A stretch of DNA of 64,000 bases from Octopus vulgaris. Taxonomy: Eukaryota. The notes under the pieces were generated by a model. The model was not told the origin of the DNA. It saw only the letters and a program-made list of their open reading frames with translations, and ran no database searches. The position numbers were made by a program, and so were the translations under genes. Below, one piece after another: positions 42,691-56,309 of this stretch; position 1 is the first letter of the stretch; every line of letters begins with the position of its first letter. The stretch spans positions 50,344,001-50,408,000 of the forward strand of contig OX597824.1 in assembly GCA_951406725.2 (NCBI GenBank). The letters run 5' to 3'.

Positions 42691-43084
42691 GGCGCAGGAG
42701 TGGGTGTGTGGTAAGTAGCTTGCTAACCAACCACATGGTTCCGGGTTCAGTCCCACTGCGTGTCATCTTGGGCAAGTGTCTTCTGCTATAGCCCCGGGCC
42801 GACCAATACCTTGTGAGTGGATTTGGTAGACGGAAACTGAAAGAAGCCTGTCGTATATATGTGTATATATATATGTATGTGTGTGTTTGTGTGTCTGTGT
42901 TTGTCCCCCTAGCATTGCTTGACAACCGATGCTGGTGTGTTTACGTCCCCGTCACTTAGCGGTTCGGCAAATGAGATAGAATAAGTACTGGGCTTACAAA
43001 GAATAAGTCCTGGGGTCGATTTGCTCGACTAAAGGTGGTGCTCCAGCATGGCCGCAGTCAAATGACTGAAACAAGTAAAGAGAG
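42691..43084 (+). mobile_element. SINE family A, full length
   Basis: ggcgcaggagtgg.tgtgtggtaag head, ggttcagtccc B box, internal TA/TG repeat, conserved tail. Confidence 0.93.
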
Positions 43085-44432
43085 TATATATGTAATATAT
43101 TATACCTATATGTACACGTAAATATAAATATATAGAACTTCATACGTTTACATTAATATATACACATCTATGTGTATGTGTGTGTGTGTGAGAGAGAGTG
43201 TGTATATGTTTATCATAGTCTCTGTAGTCACGATTTTGGCTGTACCTGTCATTATCATCATCATCATCCTTATTATTATTATCTGTAGCATCATTATCTT
43301 TGCTATTATGGATGCATATATACATATAAATACATACATATATATATGTGTGTGTGTGTGTGTATGTGAATGTGTTTATATATCATATAAGTTCATATAT
43401 ACACAATACATATTTATATATATATATATATATATATATGCATACATGTATATATGGGGTGGGGTAGCTTGTGTGCGTGTGTGTATATATTTGTGTAAGT
43501 AGGATATGCTAGTGCTTATATATATATAAACATTCTCACATACAAGCGCGTATGGAGGCTTTGTTGATAACGATGACGCCGATGATGATGATGATGACGA
43601 CGACGATGAAGATGACGACGACGACGACGATGACGGAGAACACGACGTCGATGATGATGAATGCAGTGACGGTGATGATACTGATTATGATGATTGGTAT
43701 CGAGGACGACGATGATGACGAAGACGATTTTGTATAGAGATAATGACGCACACACACACACAACAAAACAAAAACAAAATAAAATTTAAAGAAAAATAAA
43801 TAATTTCAAATATATCATTTTCCAATAAAGTTCAAACGATCGAAAACATTAGATTTAATTTATATTTATTCCGTTTAATACCGCAACCCCTTCGCCACCC
43901 ACCTTTCACACCAGCACCGACGCCACCAGGTACCACTGCATTACTGCAGCATTGCACCAAGATTACACCGCCACCACCACCACCACCACCACCATTACGG
44001 CCGCCGCCGACGCCGTTGCCTCTGTCGCCGCCGCCACCATCGCCTGCATTACAGCATTACTATCACTCTTAGGATTAAGCATTAAGCATCATCATCATCA
44101 CCACCATGAAGAAGAGAGCGAATAAACAAAATAGAAAATAAAAAAATTAATTAAAACCAAAAATAAGAAATAAATAAAATTAATACATAAGACGGTTAAA
44201 ATTTAAATGAAACCAAAATAAAAATTAAGACAACCTTCTCGCCACATCCAAACTCACGACCACCACCCCATCAACTGCAGAAAGAAGCGAAACCGAACAT
44301 CTATGATGTGCATCGGTGTATGACAGATGGATGAGGAATTGTGCAACGAACTGAAAGTGTGGACATGCACCGTTGCAGTTTAGTAAATCTATCGCACTGA
44401 TATTCACAAATCAAAATCAATAAGTAATCTTC

Positions 44433-44469
<37 letters not shown>

Positions 44470-44982
44470 GTAACAACAACAACAATGATGATGATGATGA
44501 TGATTTTGATATTGGTGATGATGATAACGATATGGACGACGACAACGACGATGATGATGATAATTTGTTTATTTGCGAATGGGTGACAAGTAATTTTCAT
44601 TATAATATTAATGATGACGATAATATTGTTTTTTTCTTTTAAAAAATTCATTTCTTTGGTAAAAATAAGACCAATAATATCAATAATACTGACAACAATT
44701 TCGGCAAATAGTAATAACAACAACAACAACTACATCAACAACAACAATAATAGTGAACGGGATGATGATGATGATCACGGCAACGACAACGATGACGCCA
44801 GCAACAACAACAACAATTTAGATAATAAAATAATATGATAATTATAATAATAAATTTTATTTGTCAGTAGTGGTGGTGTGGCTACAGATGCAGGGAAACA
44901 AAAACAAATAAGAAAACAGGGAATAATAAACAAGTAATAAAAGCAATAAACACAAGAATAAAGGTTACGATGTTATTGACCT

Positions 44983-45016
<34 letters not shown>

Positions 45017-45139
45017 AGTAATGATGTTGATAGTGATGAGGAGGACGAGGTGAATGGTGATGAAGATCTGTCCGCATGGCTCTAGCGAACCAATATAAGC
45101 CAATACATACACAGACAAAAACACACAGACAGACAGTCA

Positions 45140-45420
45140 AACATGCCACACACACACACATACATACATACATACATACATACATACATACATACATACA
45201 TACATACATACATACACAAATATACATACACAAACATACATATATCTATACACATATATACACACATACATACATACACACATACATTTATGCATACACA
45301 CAGGAACGTACACGCGCACACACATATGTATATACGTATATACCCACATACACATACATATACATACACACATACATACACGCATGCATGCATGCATACA
45401 TACATACATACATACATACA

Positions 45421-45452
<32 letters not shown>

Positions 45453-45832
45453 CATATGAAGGTATACACGTAAATACACATACACATTTCAAGTATACTC
45501 GTAATATGCACACATGTATATACATATATACATAAACATACATACGCATATACAGACACACACATGCATACGTACACACATAGGCATACACACGTATATA
45601 GTCATACCATCATGTATACTCGTATATACATGCATACACATTTATATACATAGATACATCCCTACATACACATTTATACATATACATCCATACGCACATA
45701 TACATGCACACATGGACATACACACTTACATATACATACTTTCGTGTAAACTCGTACATACATGCAGACACACACATGCATATACATAAATATATGCATG
45801 CATATATACACACATACACACACACGCACACA

Positions 45833-45864
<32 letters not shown>

Positions 45865-45930
45865 CATACATACATACATACATACATACATACATACATA
45901 CATACATACATACATGCACACATACATATA
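45140..45930. repeat. Cryptic (CATA)n/(CA)n low-complexity array
   Basis: Directly visible. Confidence 0.93.
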
Positions 45931-46772
45931 ACAGTCAATGTATTATGTATATACATATATACAGTTACACACCTATACCTTCCTCCCTTTGTTTCTGCAT
46001 CCGTGTTTCTACACAAGTATAATTGTGTATGTGTGTATGTAAATTTCTGTGTGTGTGTGTGTGTGTGTGTGTTATATTAAATATGTGCATATGTGTGATT
46101 GTAATTAAAAAAATTTAATTAATTTTTTGTAACATTTATTGCGCTCCTGTGCATTTGTGTATGGACGTATGTGAAAGTTACAGATGTGTGTGTTTTATGC
46201 ATATGTAATTTGCGTGGGTGTGGTTTTTGCGTTGTGTAATGTGTGCGTGTAAACGTTGTAACGGAGTGCGAGTCTTTATATGAAAGACCATATCGTAATT
46301 ATAGACAACTACACTACACACCTTTAACATATACGAAGACTCACATAAAATCACGCCAATTAATTTACACACGTACACATATACATTTGTAAACACACAC
46401 ACATTTATAAACATGTACACACAGACACACAAATACACATTTATAAACGTACACATGCACACACACACACACATACAAAATTGCATATACACACATGCAC
46501 ACATGTATACAACTCTTGCACACATACACACAAAAACCTGACGTGCACACATAATTCATCAAAATCTTAAACCAACAAAGCTTTATTTATTTATCCAGTT
46601 CGTCGACGCGTGAAGAAATAAATTTCACGATCTTTCCTGATCAGACGTATCTATGGAGGGGGCATTCATTACTATTGACGTTTTGAGCAAAAGTAAACAA
46701 GGGGTGTTGTGACGTTCATTCTTTGTTTATCCTCAAGTCAAGTGTCCGTTGCGCATGCCTGATTTATCTATC

Positions 46773-46859
<87 letters not shown>

Positions 46860-47026
46860 TTCGTATATATACAGACACACACATAGAAACGTACACGGGC
46901 ATGCATACATACATTCATACATATTTACATGTATACATGCATGCATATATATATATAGAGAGAGAGGGGAGGGGTGGAGGTAGAGAGACAGAGAGAAAGA
47001 GATATAATAAAAGTTATAATGAAAAT

Positions 47027-47262
47027 AATTTTACATTAACCTGAAAGATTACACAATACTTTTTGTAGAGTACATATCGTTAGTTAATACGAATACTATT
47101 GACAGTGTCTTCAAAGTTTCGGCTCGCCTAGCTTTCGTTAGAGACTCTGAAGAAAACTAAGCAGACCGAAACCCTCGAAGTCACTGTCAATACTATTCTT
47201 GTTAAATAATAATATGTGTTCCCCCCAAATAATTGAATGGTCTTTCAGGTTAATGTAAAATT
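47027..47262. repeat. Diverged spacerless palindrome whose arms start at a decayed hammerhead core
   Basis: Centre 47144; right arm CTGAAGA..GAAA (47147-47171); left arm on minus CTAACGA..GAAA. Confidence 0.8.
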
Positions 47263-47374
47263 AAAAAAAAAATCTCCTTAATGTATCAGAGTACAAACCA
47301 TATAACCATATAGAACATACAGTAATATACAAGAGAAAAAGATTAGTGTGTGTGTGTGTGTATATATACATACA

Positions 47375-47428
<54 letters not shown>

Positions 47429-47761
47429 AGGGCAATTACTTGTTAGATATTTTGAATAATCTTTATATCAATAAAGAAAATTAAATGAGAGGTGTTATTA
47501 TACATTATCGTTTATATAATTTATATATTTTTCTTTGAGTGATTATAAATATATGAAAAATAGCACATAAATAAGTAGTTAGTAGATATACTTGAAATAC
47601 GTTCTTTCGAACATGTATAGGCATATTTATAGAATAAAGAATGATTTACACGATTTATCTATCTCACTTCCTGAGCGTTAAACTAATACATCTGTTTGTT
47701 GTTTACACACCCGTCTTCGTTTTTTATCTATCTATTTATTCTTTTTTTTTTTAATTCCAAC

Positions 47762-47849
<88 letters not shown>

Positions 47850-48051
47850 ACAGACGAAGGAAAAAACGATTTCTTCAAAGGGGTGTAGAACATCAAATTC
47901 ACTGGTATAGTAGTTGAATACTACAGAAGCAGGGGTATGAATACAAATAACAAATAATAAATTAAATAGAAAAATAGAATTGATAATCTAACAATTTATT
48001 TACCTTATAATATAATATAATTTACTATAAAATGTAATATAATATAAGGTG

Positions 48052-48186
48052 AGGTGGTAAGTTGCATGCTTACCAACCACATGGTTCCGGGTTCAGTGTC
48101 TTGGGCAAGTGTCTTCTACTATTGCCTCGGGCCGACCAAAGCCTTGTGAGTGGATCTGGTAGACGGAAACTGAAAAAACCCTGTCG

Positions 48187-48251
<65 letters not shown>

Positions 48252-48465
48252 ATGTTTGTGTATCTGTGTTTGTTCCCCCACTATGTCTTGGCAACCGAGG
48301 TTGGTGTGTTTACGTCACCATAACTTAGCGGTTAGGCAAGAGACAAGAGACCGATAGAATAAGTACTAGGCTTACAATGAATAAGTCCTGTGGTTGGTTT
48401 GCTCGACTGAAGCCGGTGCTTCAGCATGGCCGCAGTCAAATGACTGAAACAAGTAAAAAAGAGTA
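48052..48465 (+). mobile_element. SINE family A copy
   Basis: Same head, internal microsatellite and tail. Confidence 0.9.
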
Positions 48466-48843
48466 AAATAATATAACTAATTTAAAAATAAAACACAAAG
48501 AAGCCAACAATTTGTTTCGACTTATATACGTTATTTGATCTATAAACAAGTCATATATACGCATGCAAGTCTGTTCAGGGCCTTGGTTCAAAAGGACCGA
48601 AGAAATTCCGTGTAAAACGACTGCAAGACTGCAAAATACTGATTCAAAAATATCTATGTTTAGGAGCGTGAGCGTTAACAATTCAAAAACCTAATAATAA
48701 GTACAATAAAAGAACAACAAAATACAAATGCATAAAATAATCAAGTAAAGAAAATTTACAACAGTCAAGAAGTGTTTTTATATATGTCCATAACTATTAA
48801 TCTAAATGGATTTAAATAGAAAATAATCATTGGCCATTTTAAT

Positions 48844-48877
<34 letters not shown>

Positions 48878-48996
48878 TTGTTATATTTCGGAATGGTCAT
48901 ATTGCCAGTTTAGCCAATAAAAACACACGCACTATATATTTGGTATTATTTTGCTTCAGTGTTATTTATTTTTTACATTAATCTTAATCTTATTTC

Positions 48997-49041
48997 GGCC
49001 AGAGTTCTTTCGTCACACTCCTGTGACCGCATCAGTGGTCC
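48997..49041 (-). ncRNA. Degenerate minimal hammerhead motif
   Basis: ggacca-CTGATGC-g-gtcac-aggagt-gtgac-GAAA-gaac-TC-tggcc. Confidence 0.55.
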
Positions 49042-49155
49042 TTTGTTTTCTTCTTTCTTATTTGTGTCTCTCCTTACTAACTGTCAGCCATTTTGTATTT
49101 CTATTGTATGTCTTTATTTGCGCATACTTATATCTCTATGTGCGTCTATGTTTAT

Positions 49156-49240
<85 letters not shown>

Positions 49241-49630
49241 TGATATCTAAATAACAATAAGGATATGTAAATAAATAAAGTATAAGTGTTTTATTTAGTT
49301 TTAGAGATGGATAAATCGTGTAAATCATTATTCTATAAATATACTTATACATGTTTGAAAAAAAAAACGTATTTCTAGTATATCAACTAACTACTTATTT
49401 ATGTGCTATTTTTAATATATATATAATTACTCAAAGAAAAAAATATGTAAATTATATATAATGATAATATATAATAACTTCTCTCATTTATTTATTGTTA
49501 TTGATATAAAGATTATTCAAAGTGACTAACAAGTAATGGTCCTTATTTACGAAGTTTACCGAAGGGAGAAAATTGTAAATAAAGTTTTAAAAAACGCATA
49601 GATCTACGATAATTATAACTTACATTATTT

Positions 49631-49864
49631 GAAGGCGGCGAGCTGGGAGAATCGTTAGCACGCTGGACGAAATGCTTAGCAGCATTTTGTTTGCCGTTAC
49701 GTTCTGAGTTCAAATTCCGCCGAGGTCGACTTTGCCTTTCATCCTTTCGGGGTCGATTAAATAAGTACCAGTTACGCACTGGTGTCGATATAATCGACTT
49801 GATCTGTTTGTCTGTCTTTGTTTGTCCCCTCTGTGTTTAGCCCATTGTGGGTTGTAAAGAAATA
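49631..49864 (+). mobile_element. SINE family C, full length, with 23-bp target-site duplication
   Basis: Head gaaggcggcgagctgg, B box gagttcaaattcc; gataattataacttacat(t/c)attt at 49608-49630 and 49865-49887. Confidence 0.93.
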
Positions 49865-50031
49865 GATAATTATAACTTACATCATTTCTTAGATAAAGAG
49901 ATAATAAACTATGAATAAAACGCAAAATTCTTATCTAAATTTCACTAAGTCTTTCAGCAGTAACGAAATTAGAGAATTGCAATATGTATACAAGCTCAAA
50001 TGTACACAATGTTATAAAAATCACATAATGA

Positions 50032-50095
50032 TACCTGGTTGACCTTGCCAGTAGTCATATGCTTGTCTCAAAGCTTAAGCCATGCAAGTGTAAGT
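50032..50095 (+). pseudogene. 18S rRNA 5'-terminal fragment
   Basis: tacctggttgaccttgccagtagtcatatgcttgtctcaaagcttaagccatgcaagtgtaagt vs the conserved eukaryotic SSU 5' end (~5 mismatches in 64 nt). Confidence 0.92.
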
Positions 50096-51251
50096 GTAAG
50101 TCATGCAAATGTAAGTTTGTATCACAATTAATACACACATTTGTGATTATTCAAAAATATATAAAGAAAAATATAAAGAAAACAAGTGAAAGTTTTAGCG
50201 TTTATGGAATCTTGCATTATAAGGTAAAGTATAGAGAGAATAAAAGTCTCAGTAATCTAACGAAGAGGAAAAAGAAAAGGAAAAGAAAAGACCTATATTG
50301 TCAGTACGTGCAAAACCCGTAGCTTACATAAATAATATTCAGTAATGTAAAATAAATCGTAAATGTGAACAAAGTTTCATGGAGGAAATTCAAAGTACGT
50401 ATGAAACATTGAGAAACTTGGAAAATGATAAAAGAATTTCAAAACGATAACCCAAAGAACTGTTATATACTCAACTTGTAGGGAGAATAAAGTTTTGGAG
50501 AATTAACTTGTTTTGTATTTTCAAAATTTGAGAGTAAACATCAACATGAAAAGCTGTTCACAGGTACAAGAGCTGTATAATATAAGCCTTCCAGGACATG
50601 AGAAATTTTACCTGTGATCACTGGAGACTAATGTTCGAAGTGCATTCGTGTTTTAGCCTACTGAGGTGTTGAGAGAGTTGTTTCTTGTTTCCGGGTTCTT
50701 AAAAAAATATGTGTGCAGTGTGTACCTGCTGTTAATCAAGTAAACTGTTAATCCTAAATACGTTCGTTGATTATTGTCAGCCAACTTAATTATTAACACT
50801 ATATACAACTTTATTATTAACACTATACATACACGGAGAGGGAAGGGTAAATGTATTCTCTAACAGGGGACATGGACTCAGTTACTTGTAACAAAGTAGG
50901 CTTTGCAAAAGGCACTCAATGACCAGGTGGTGGATTGTCAGATTAAGTCTATCACCCAACAAGACGAGTGTAGGAGCTTAGATTGTACGGAGTCGGAATA
51001 AATGCCACAAGACTTTAACGGCTCTGCCAGTTCGCTCTGTGTGTTATACTCACACTTGAGAGAAGTGTAGAGTGAAATATACTCTTTTACTGTTTTATTT
51101 GTTTCAGTCATAGGGCCATGCCATGCTGGAACACCACTACTCCTTGTAAAGCCTAAAACATTCGGAGTTACACACTCAGACATATCTGAGCAGGAAACAT
51201 GAACAACGAAGTTTTAGTGCTAAATACGAAACTATATACATGCGTGTGAGT

Positions 51252-51293
<42 letters not shown>

Positions 51294-51914
51294 ACAGGAA
51301 AATATTTCTTTGCATTTGTCAGTATGTCATATTCACATTACTGTAAAATCCAATGTTTACTTCTATAAATGCTTTGTGGCTAGTCTTTATTTTTAATTGT
51401 GTACAGGCAACTGTTCAGAGCTGCCTGTTGGCGAATGTTAACAGATATTCAATATATCTAGTTTCCGATCTTTTCTTCGTGACTACAATACATGCGTAAG
51501 CATTGGCAATATTTGAGTCTTACATTGAATGATGCAACAGTTTGAATAAATACTGTGTCAGTTTACTCGTCGATGATAGGAAGGACCTTCACTTGTATCT
51601 GCTGCCACTGCACTGAGTTCCACGGTTCAGCCACGTGCATTTGTCAAGTATGATTTACAGTTGCTAGTGACTGAAGTATTATGTAAGGCACCAATAACTC
51701 ATTATTTCCGTAATCTTGACTTCATAATTACACTGGAAAAACCTGTGGTAGGAGAGAGTCACCCTATTCAGGGCAGGTAACTTCCTCAAATCTTTCATGA
51801 AATTGGAATAGTTCAATTTCAATGCAGTTTCTTCAGTAAAAATAATCACATTATGGAGACAGAAGTTTCCAAAAACACCCATGCGTACGTACATACATGC
51901 TACATAAATACATG

Positions 51915-52183
51915 CGTCACGTGTCAGTGACGAGAGAGTCGAGGAGTAGGAGGAGTAAGAGAGAGGGAACGGCGAATGGGATCGAACGCCACGCATCCTT
52001 TTCCAAGTAAGTTTTATCTTAATAATTATGATGTCACTCTTCAAATTTTACTATTTCTTCTCTGTCTATCTCTCTCCCTCTCTTATTCTTCATCCTTTCT
52101 GGTCTTCTCTCCCACCCTTCCCTATTCTTCTCTCCCCTTTACCGTTCCCTCTCTCCTCGACTCTAACGTCACTGACACGTGAC
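51915..52183. repeat. Inverted repeat with ~50-bp arms
   Basis: gtcacgtgtcagtgacg..agagtcgaggag..gagagggaacgg vs ccgttccctctc.tcctcgactct..cgtcactgacacgtgac. Confidence 0.85.
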
Positions 52184-52496
52184 CAGAGGGAAACCATCTT
52201 TCCAACTGCTATCTTCCACGAGTCATGACGGCATATTCTGTCCCTCTCATAAGCTGTCTCCTTAATGCGTTCAAAATAATTTTTCCATCGTCTTGACTTA
52301 ACAGCCCTCATCGTTTGTTTTTACCGTGTTATTCTCTTTGTTCTATCTTTTACTGTTTTTACTTGTATTGTTTTTACTGTTTTATTCTTACTGTCCTGTT
52401 CTTGTTACCACTTTTACCCCTCCTCAAAAAATCTCGAATTTTATTTAATTTGCTTTGCGGGAAGGATTGTTTCACATAAGTCGCGTCTTGTCCTTA

Positions 52497-52720
52497 CTTT
52501 CGAACGCGGAGTAGACGAAACAGGGACAACTGAAGAAGGGGAATATTCCTTGTATTGTATATCTTGTACTCTGTTCTTTCGTTGCTTGAAAAAAGTTCGT
52601 TTCTATGTTTTTGTTTTTATGTTTTCGTTTCTCATTGTGTTCAACGTTTTTTTTTTATGTCCTGTACCCATATATGCATGTATATATACATATAGATGTA
52701 GGTATGTAGATATATGTATG
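52497..52720 (+). mobile_element. Repeat family D copy 3
   Basis: Reverse complement of 11150-11385. Confidence 0.8.
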
Positions 52721-52756
52721 TATATATGCATATATCTATATATTATTTATATTATA

Positions 52757-52818
<62 letters not shown>

Positions 52819-52834
52819 GTATATATATATATGT

Positions 52835-53085
52835 GTGTGTGTGTGTGTCTGTGTTTGTGTGCGTTCGTGTCTGTGTTTGTTCCCCACCACCAAGTGACAA
52901 CCGGTGTTGGTGTGTTTACGTCTCGATAACTTAGCAGTTCGGCACAAGAGACCGACTGAATAAGTATCAGGCTTAACAAAAATAAAATTAAATCCTGGGG
53001 TCGATTCATTAGACTACAAATTCTTCAAGGCGTTGCCCCAGCATAGCCGCTTACTAATAACAGAAACAAGTAAAAGATAAAAGAA
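52835..53085 (+). mobile_element. SINE family A 3' half
   Basis: gtgtttgttcccc..gacaaccggtgttggtgtgtttacgt..gaaacaagtaaaag. Confidence 0.85.
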
Positions 53086-53092
53086 AAAAGAT

Positions 53093-53244
53093 GTCTGTGT
53101 GGTAAGTAGGTTACTTACCAGCCACATGGTTCTGGGTTCCGTCCCATTGCGTGGCACCTTGGGCAAGTGTCTTCTACTATAGCCTCGGGCCAACCAAAGC
53201 CTTGTGAGTGGATTTGGTAGACGGAAACTGAAAGAAACCCGTCG

Positions 53245-53314
<70 letters not shown>

Positions 53315-53599
53315 ATCCAAACAAGAAAACACAGAAAAAAAGAGAAAAAAAACACAGCAACGTGAGGACGTGGAACAATTAAAGTATTATTGACGCTCAG
53401 GAAAGAAGGGAAGGAGGGTTTAACGTTTCGAGCGGAGCTCTTCGTCGGAAACAAGGAGAAGGAAAGATCCCAAGAAGGGAACACAGAGGAAAAGATATTT
53501 TTGCTGGTGGTGCTCAAGATATCACATGTTGAAAGAAAAGAAGTTGAGAGGTAGACGAATCATGGTTTTTAAAAGCAAGAGAGTTTCAAAAAAAAGGAA

Positions 53600-53632
<33 letters not shown>

Positions 53633-54707
53633 AAGGATGACAAGTGTGTTTGTGCGTGCGTGTGTGTGTGTGTGTGTATTTTTGGTGAATAATAAGCAAT
53701 GGCAAGTTAGCTGTCATAAGGCACTCCTTTATGACTACTAGCTTGTTTGTATCCAGCCAGGTCAAAGCCAGGTCAAAAACAAAGGAGTATATGTATCATG
53801 TGTGTGTGTTGTTGGTAGTGTGCGTGTATGCATGTGTGTGTTCGGGTGTGTATGCGTAGAGTGTGCGCGTGTGCTTGTACGTGCGCGTGTGCGTGTAGGG
53901 ATGTATGTGTGGGTTCATTTGTGTGAGTGTGTATGTATGTACGTGTATGTGTGTGTGTATGTGTGCGTTTGTATGTGTTTGTGTGTATATGTGCGCGCGC
54001 GGATAGGTGTATATTGTGTATGTATATCTGTCGGTGTGTATGTGAGTTTGTGCGTGTTTGTACGTGTGTATGTGTGTGTGAGTGTATAGTATATATATGT
54101 AAATGTGTGTGTGTGTGCGTGTGTGTGTACGTGCGTGCGAGTGAATGTATGTATATATGTGTGCGTGTGTGTACAATGTAGAGGCTTATATGTGTGTTTA
54201 TATGTTTATATGTGTGTGTGTATGTATGTGTGTATGTGTGTATGTGTGTATGTGTGTGTGTATGTGTGTGTGTATGTGTGTGTGTATGTATGTATGTATA
54301 TGTATGCGTGTGTGTGTGTGTGTATGTATGTGTATATGTGTGTGTGTATGTGTGTATGTATGCGTGTGTGTATGTATGTATATGTGTATGTGTGTGTGTA
54401 TGTGTGTATGTATGTATGTATGTATGTGTGTGTGTGTATGTATGTGTGTGTGTGTATGTATGTATGTACGTACGTATGTATGTGTGTGTATGTGTGTAAG
54501 TGTGTGTGTATGTATGTATGTATGTACGTATGTGTATGTATGTATTTATGCATGTGTATGTGTGTATGTGTATGTGTGTATGTGCGTGTGTGTACATATG
54601 TATGTATATGTATGTGTGTATATGTAGATATCTATGTATGTAGTGTATGTATGTGTGTGTGTGTATGTATGTGTGCATGCGTGTATGTGTGTATGTGTGT
54701 GTGTATA

Positions 54708-54756
<49 letters not shown>

Positions 54757-55021
54757 TTGTGTGTGTGTGTGTGTATGTGTGTGCGTGTGTGTGTGTGTTT
54801 GTGTTTGTGTGTCTGTGTTTGTTCTCCCAACATCGCTTGACAACTGATGCTGGTGTGTTTACGTCCCCGTAACTTAGCGGTTCCGCCTAAGAGACCGATA
54901 GAATAAATAGTAGCCCTACAAAGAATAAGTTTTGGGATCGATTTACTCGACTAAAGGCGGTGCTCCAGCATGGTCACAGTCAAATGACTGAAATAAGTAA
55001 AAGAGTAAAAAGAGTAAAAAG
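53093..55021 (+). mobile_element. SINE family A 5' half (53093-53245) and 3' half (54805-55021) separated by ~1.5 kb of microsatellite and inserts
   Basis: Both halves are collinear; the interval contains (TA)n, a hammerhead element and a 1-kb cryptic (TG/TATG) array. Confidence 0.7.
53418..53452 (-). ncRNA. Minimal hammerhead motif (U4C variant)
   Basis: gttt-CCGACGA-a-gagc-tcc-gctc-GAAA-cg-TT-aaac. Confidence 0.65.
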
Positions 55022-55711
55022 ACATGCATCACATCACATCACAGCAAAATAAGGAAATTTACAGAGAAAATAGCAGCGTCTTGTTTTCACCTTTTCAGTA
55101 TTGTTGCTGCTATTCGCTAAATAACAGTTTATGTTGCTGTGATTATTATTTGTTAAAATGACACTACTTATATACAACTTATGAACCCAGAAGAATGGAA
55201 TGTACATATGTCTCTCATTTTATAACGATTAAGCTTCCATTAGTCGCATGATTGATTACTTTATTAATAATGACAAGACAGAATCAATGATACTAATACT
55301 AATATATATAGTTACACGCCTTTTATTATATTAACTCCAAAAGACGACAGCTAAGTTCAATCTCAACAGGGTTTAAATAAATGTCATGGGATGAAGCTTA
55401 TAACATTTTGCGTTCAAATTCCAATGCTATACGTTCACCTCAGGGTCAAAGTATGAAATACCACAAGCACTAGAATGTCTACAGAGGAGTTCACTTTATT
55501 GTGATAATTCAAACGGTTGAGAGTAACTTGATACTCGAATACACTCTCCTTAATGCAAAAAGTTATGCATTATGTTCTCTTCCCCATTAAACTTATTAGC
55601 ATCGTGGATCCTAGAAAACGTTATGGGCTCTGCACTCTTCGTTCAGGCTGCACCAAGAATATGTACTGAGACGGAGTTTGTTGACGTAAGGAATTATATA
55701 CTGTTATCAAT

Positions 55712-55878
55712 CTTTCTTTTACTTGTTTCAGTCATTAGACTGCGTCCATGCTGGGGCACCGTCTTGAGGAATTTTAGTCGAACTAATCGAACCCAGTATT
55801 CATTTCCTTTTCAAGCCTGATACTTATTCTATCGGACTCTTTTGCCGAGCAGCTGAGACAAGGGGACGTAAACACACT
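55712..55878 (-). mobile_element. SINE family A 3' half
   Basis: cttttacttgtttcagtcatt..ccatgctgg..ggggacgtaaacacac. Confidence 0.85.
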
Positions 55879-55884
55879 GGAAGG

Positions 55885-56100
55885 GAAGTTTTTGAGAAGT
55901 ATATATAAGGACCTCGAAATACTGTTCTCAACAATTCGGCATCCAAGAACGTTAACAATACCTGCTTTCAGAGCTTTGGGGATAATATCAAATGGCGCTC
56001 TTAAATACTTTGGCCAAATATCTGGAAAACCCAAATTTCCAAATTGTTTTCATGAGTACAGACCCCCAGCCCCTAAGAAATACATTGTCAGTTTGGGAAT
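55885..56100 (+). mobile_element. R4/Dong-like REL endonuclease 3' remnant
   Basis: YKDLEI..TLTIP..ALGIISNG..KY..QISGKP parallels the C-terminus at 6555-6741. Confidence 0.6.
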
Positions 56101-56309
56101 ATTTAAACGTTTTAAAATCGCAAATATAACAGGAAACCTTTTAACGAATCTTAATTCTCAGCATCATGTTTCCTGTCTTTGAAATAAATATATCATTGCT
56201 GCTCATAAATAACACCCACAATAAAAAGGCCAATTTCGCTGCTTCCTGAAGTCTGTGAGTGGGACTTGGAACAGCTTGTATAAAAGTAAGCAATAGTGAC
56301 GTACATTAA

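Larger units (their letters stand above)
47428..49544. repeat. Long diverged inverted repeat (~240-bp arms, ~1.6-kb spacer)
   Basis: 47428-47666 is reverse complementary to 49303-49544. Confidence 0.85.

Noticed and set aside
41370-44410. TGACAG/E-box and Hox-Pbx-like words (41377, 41448, 44320) as enhancers
   Set aside because: Short motifs expected by chance; conservation data needed
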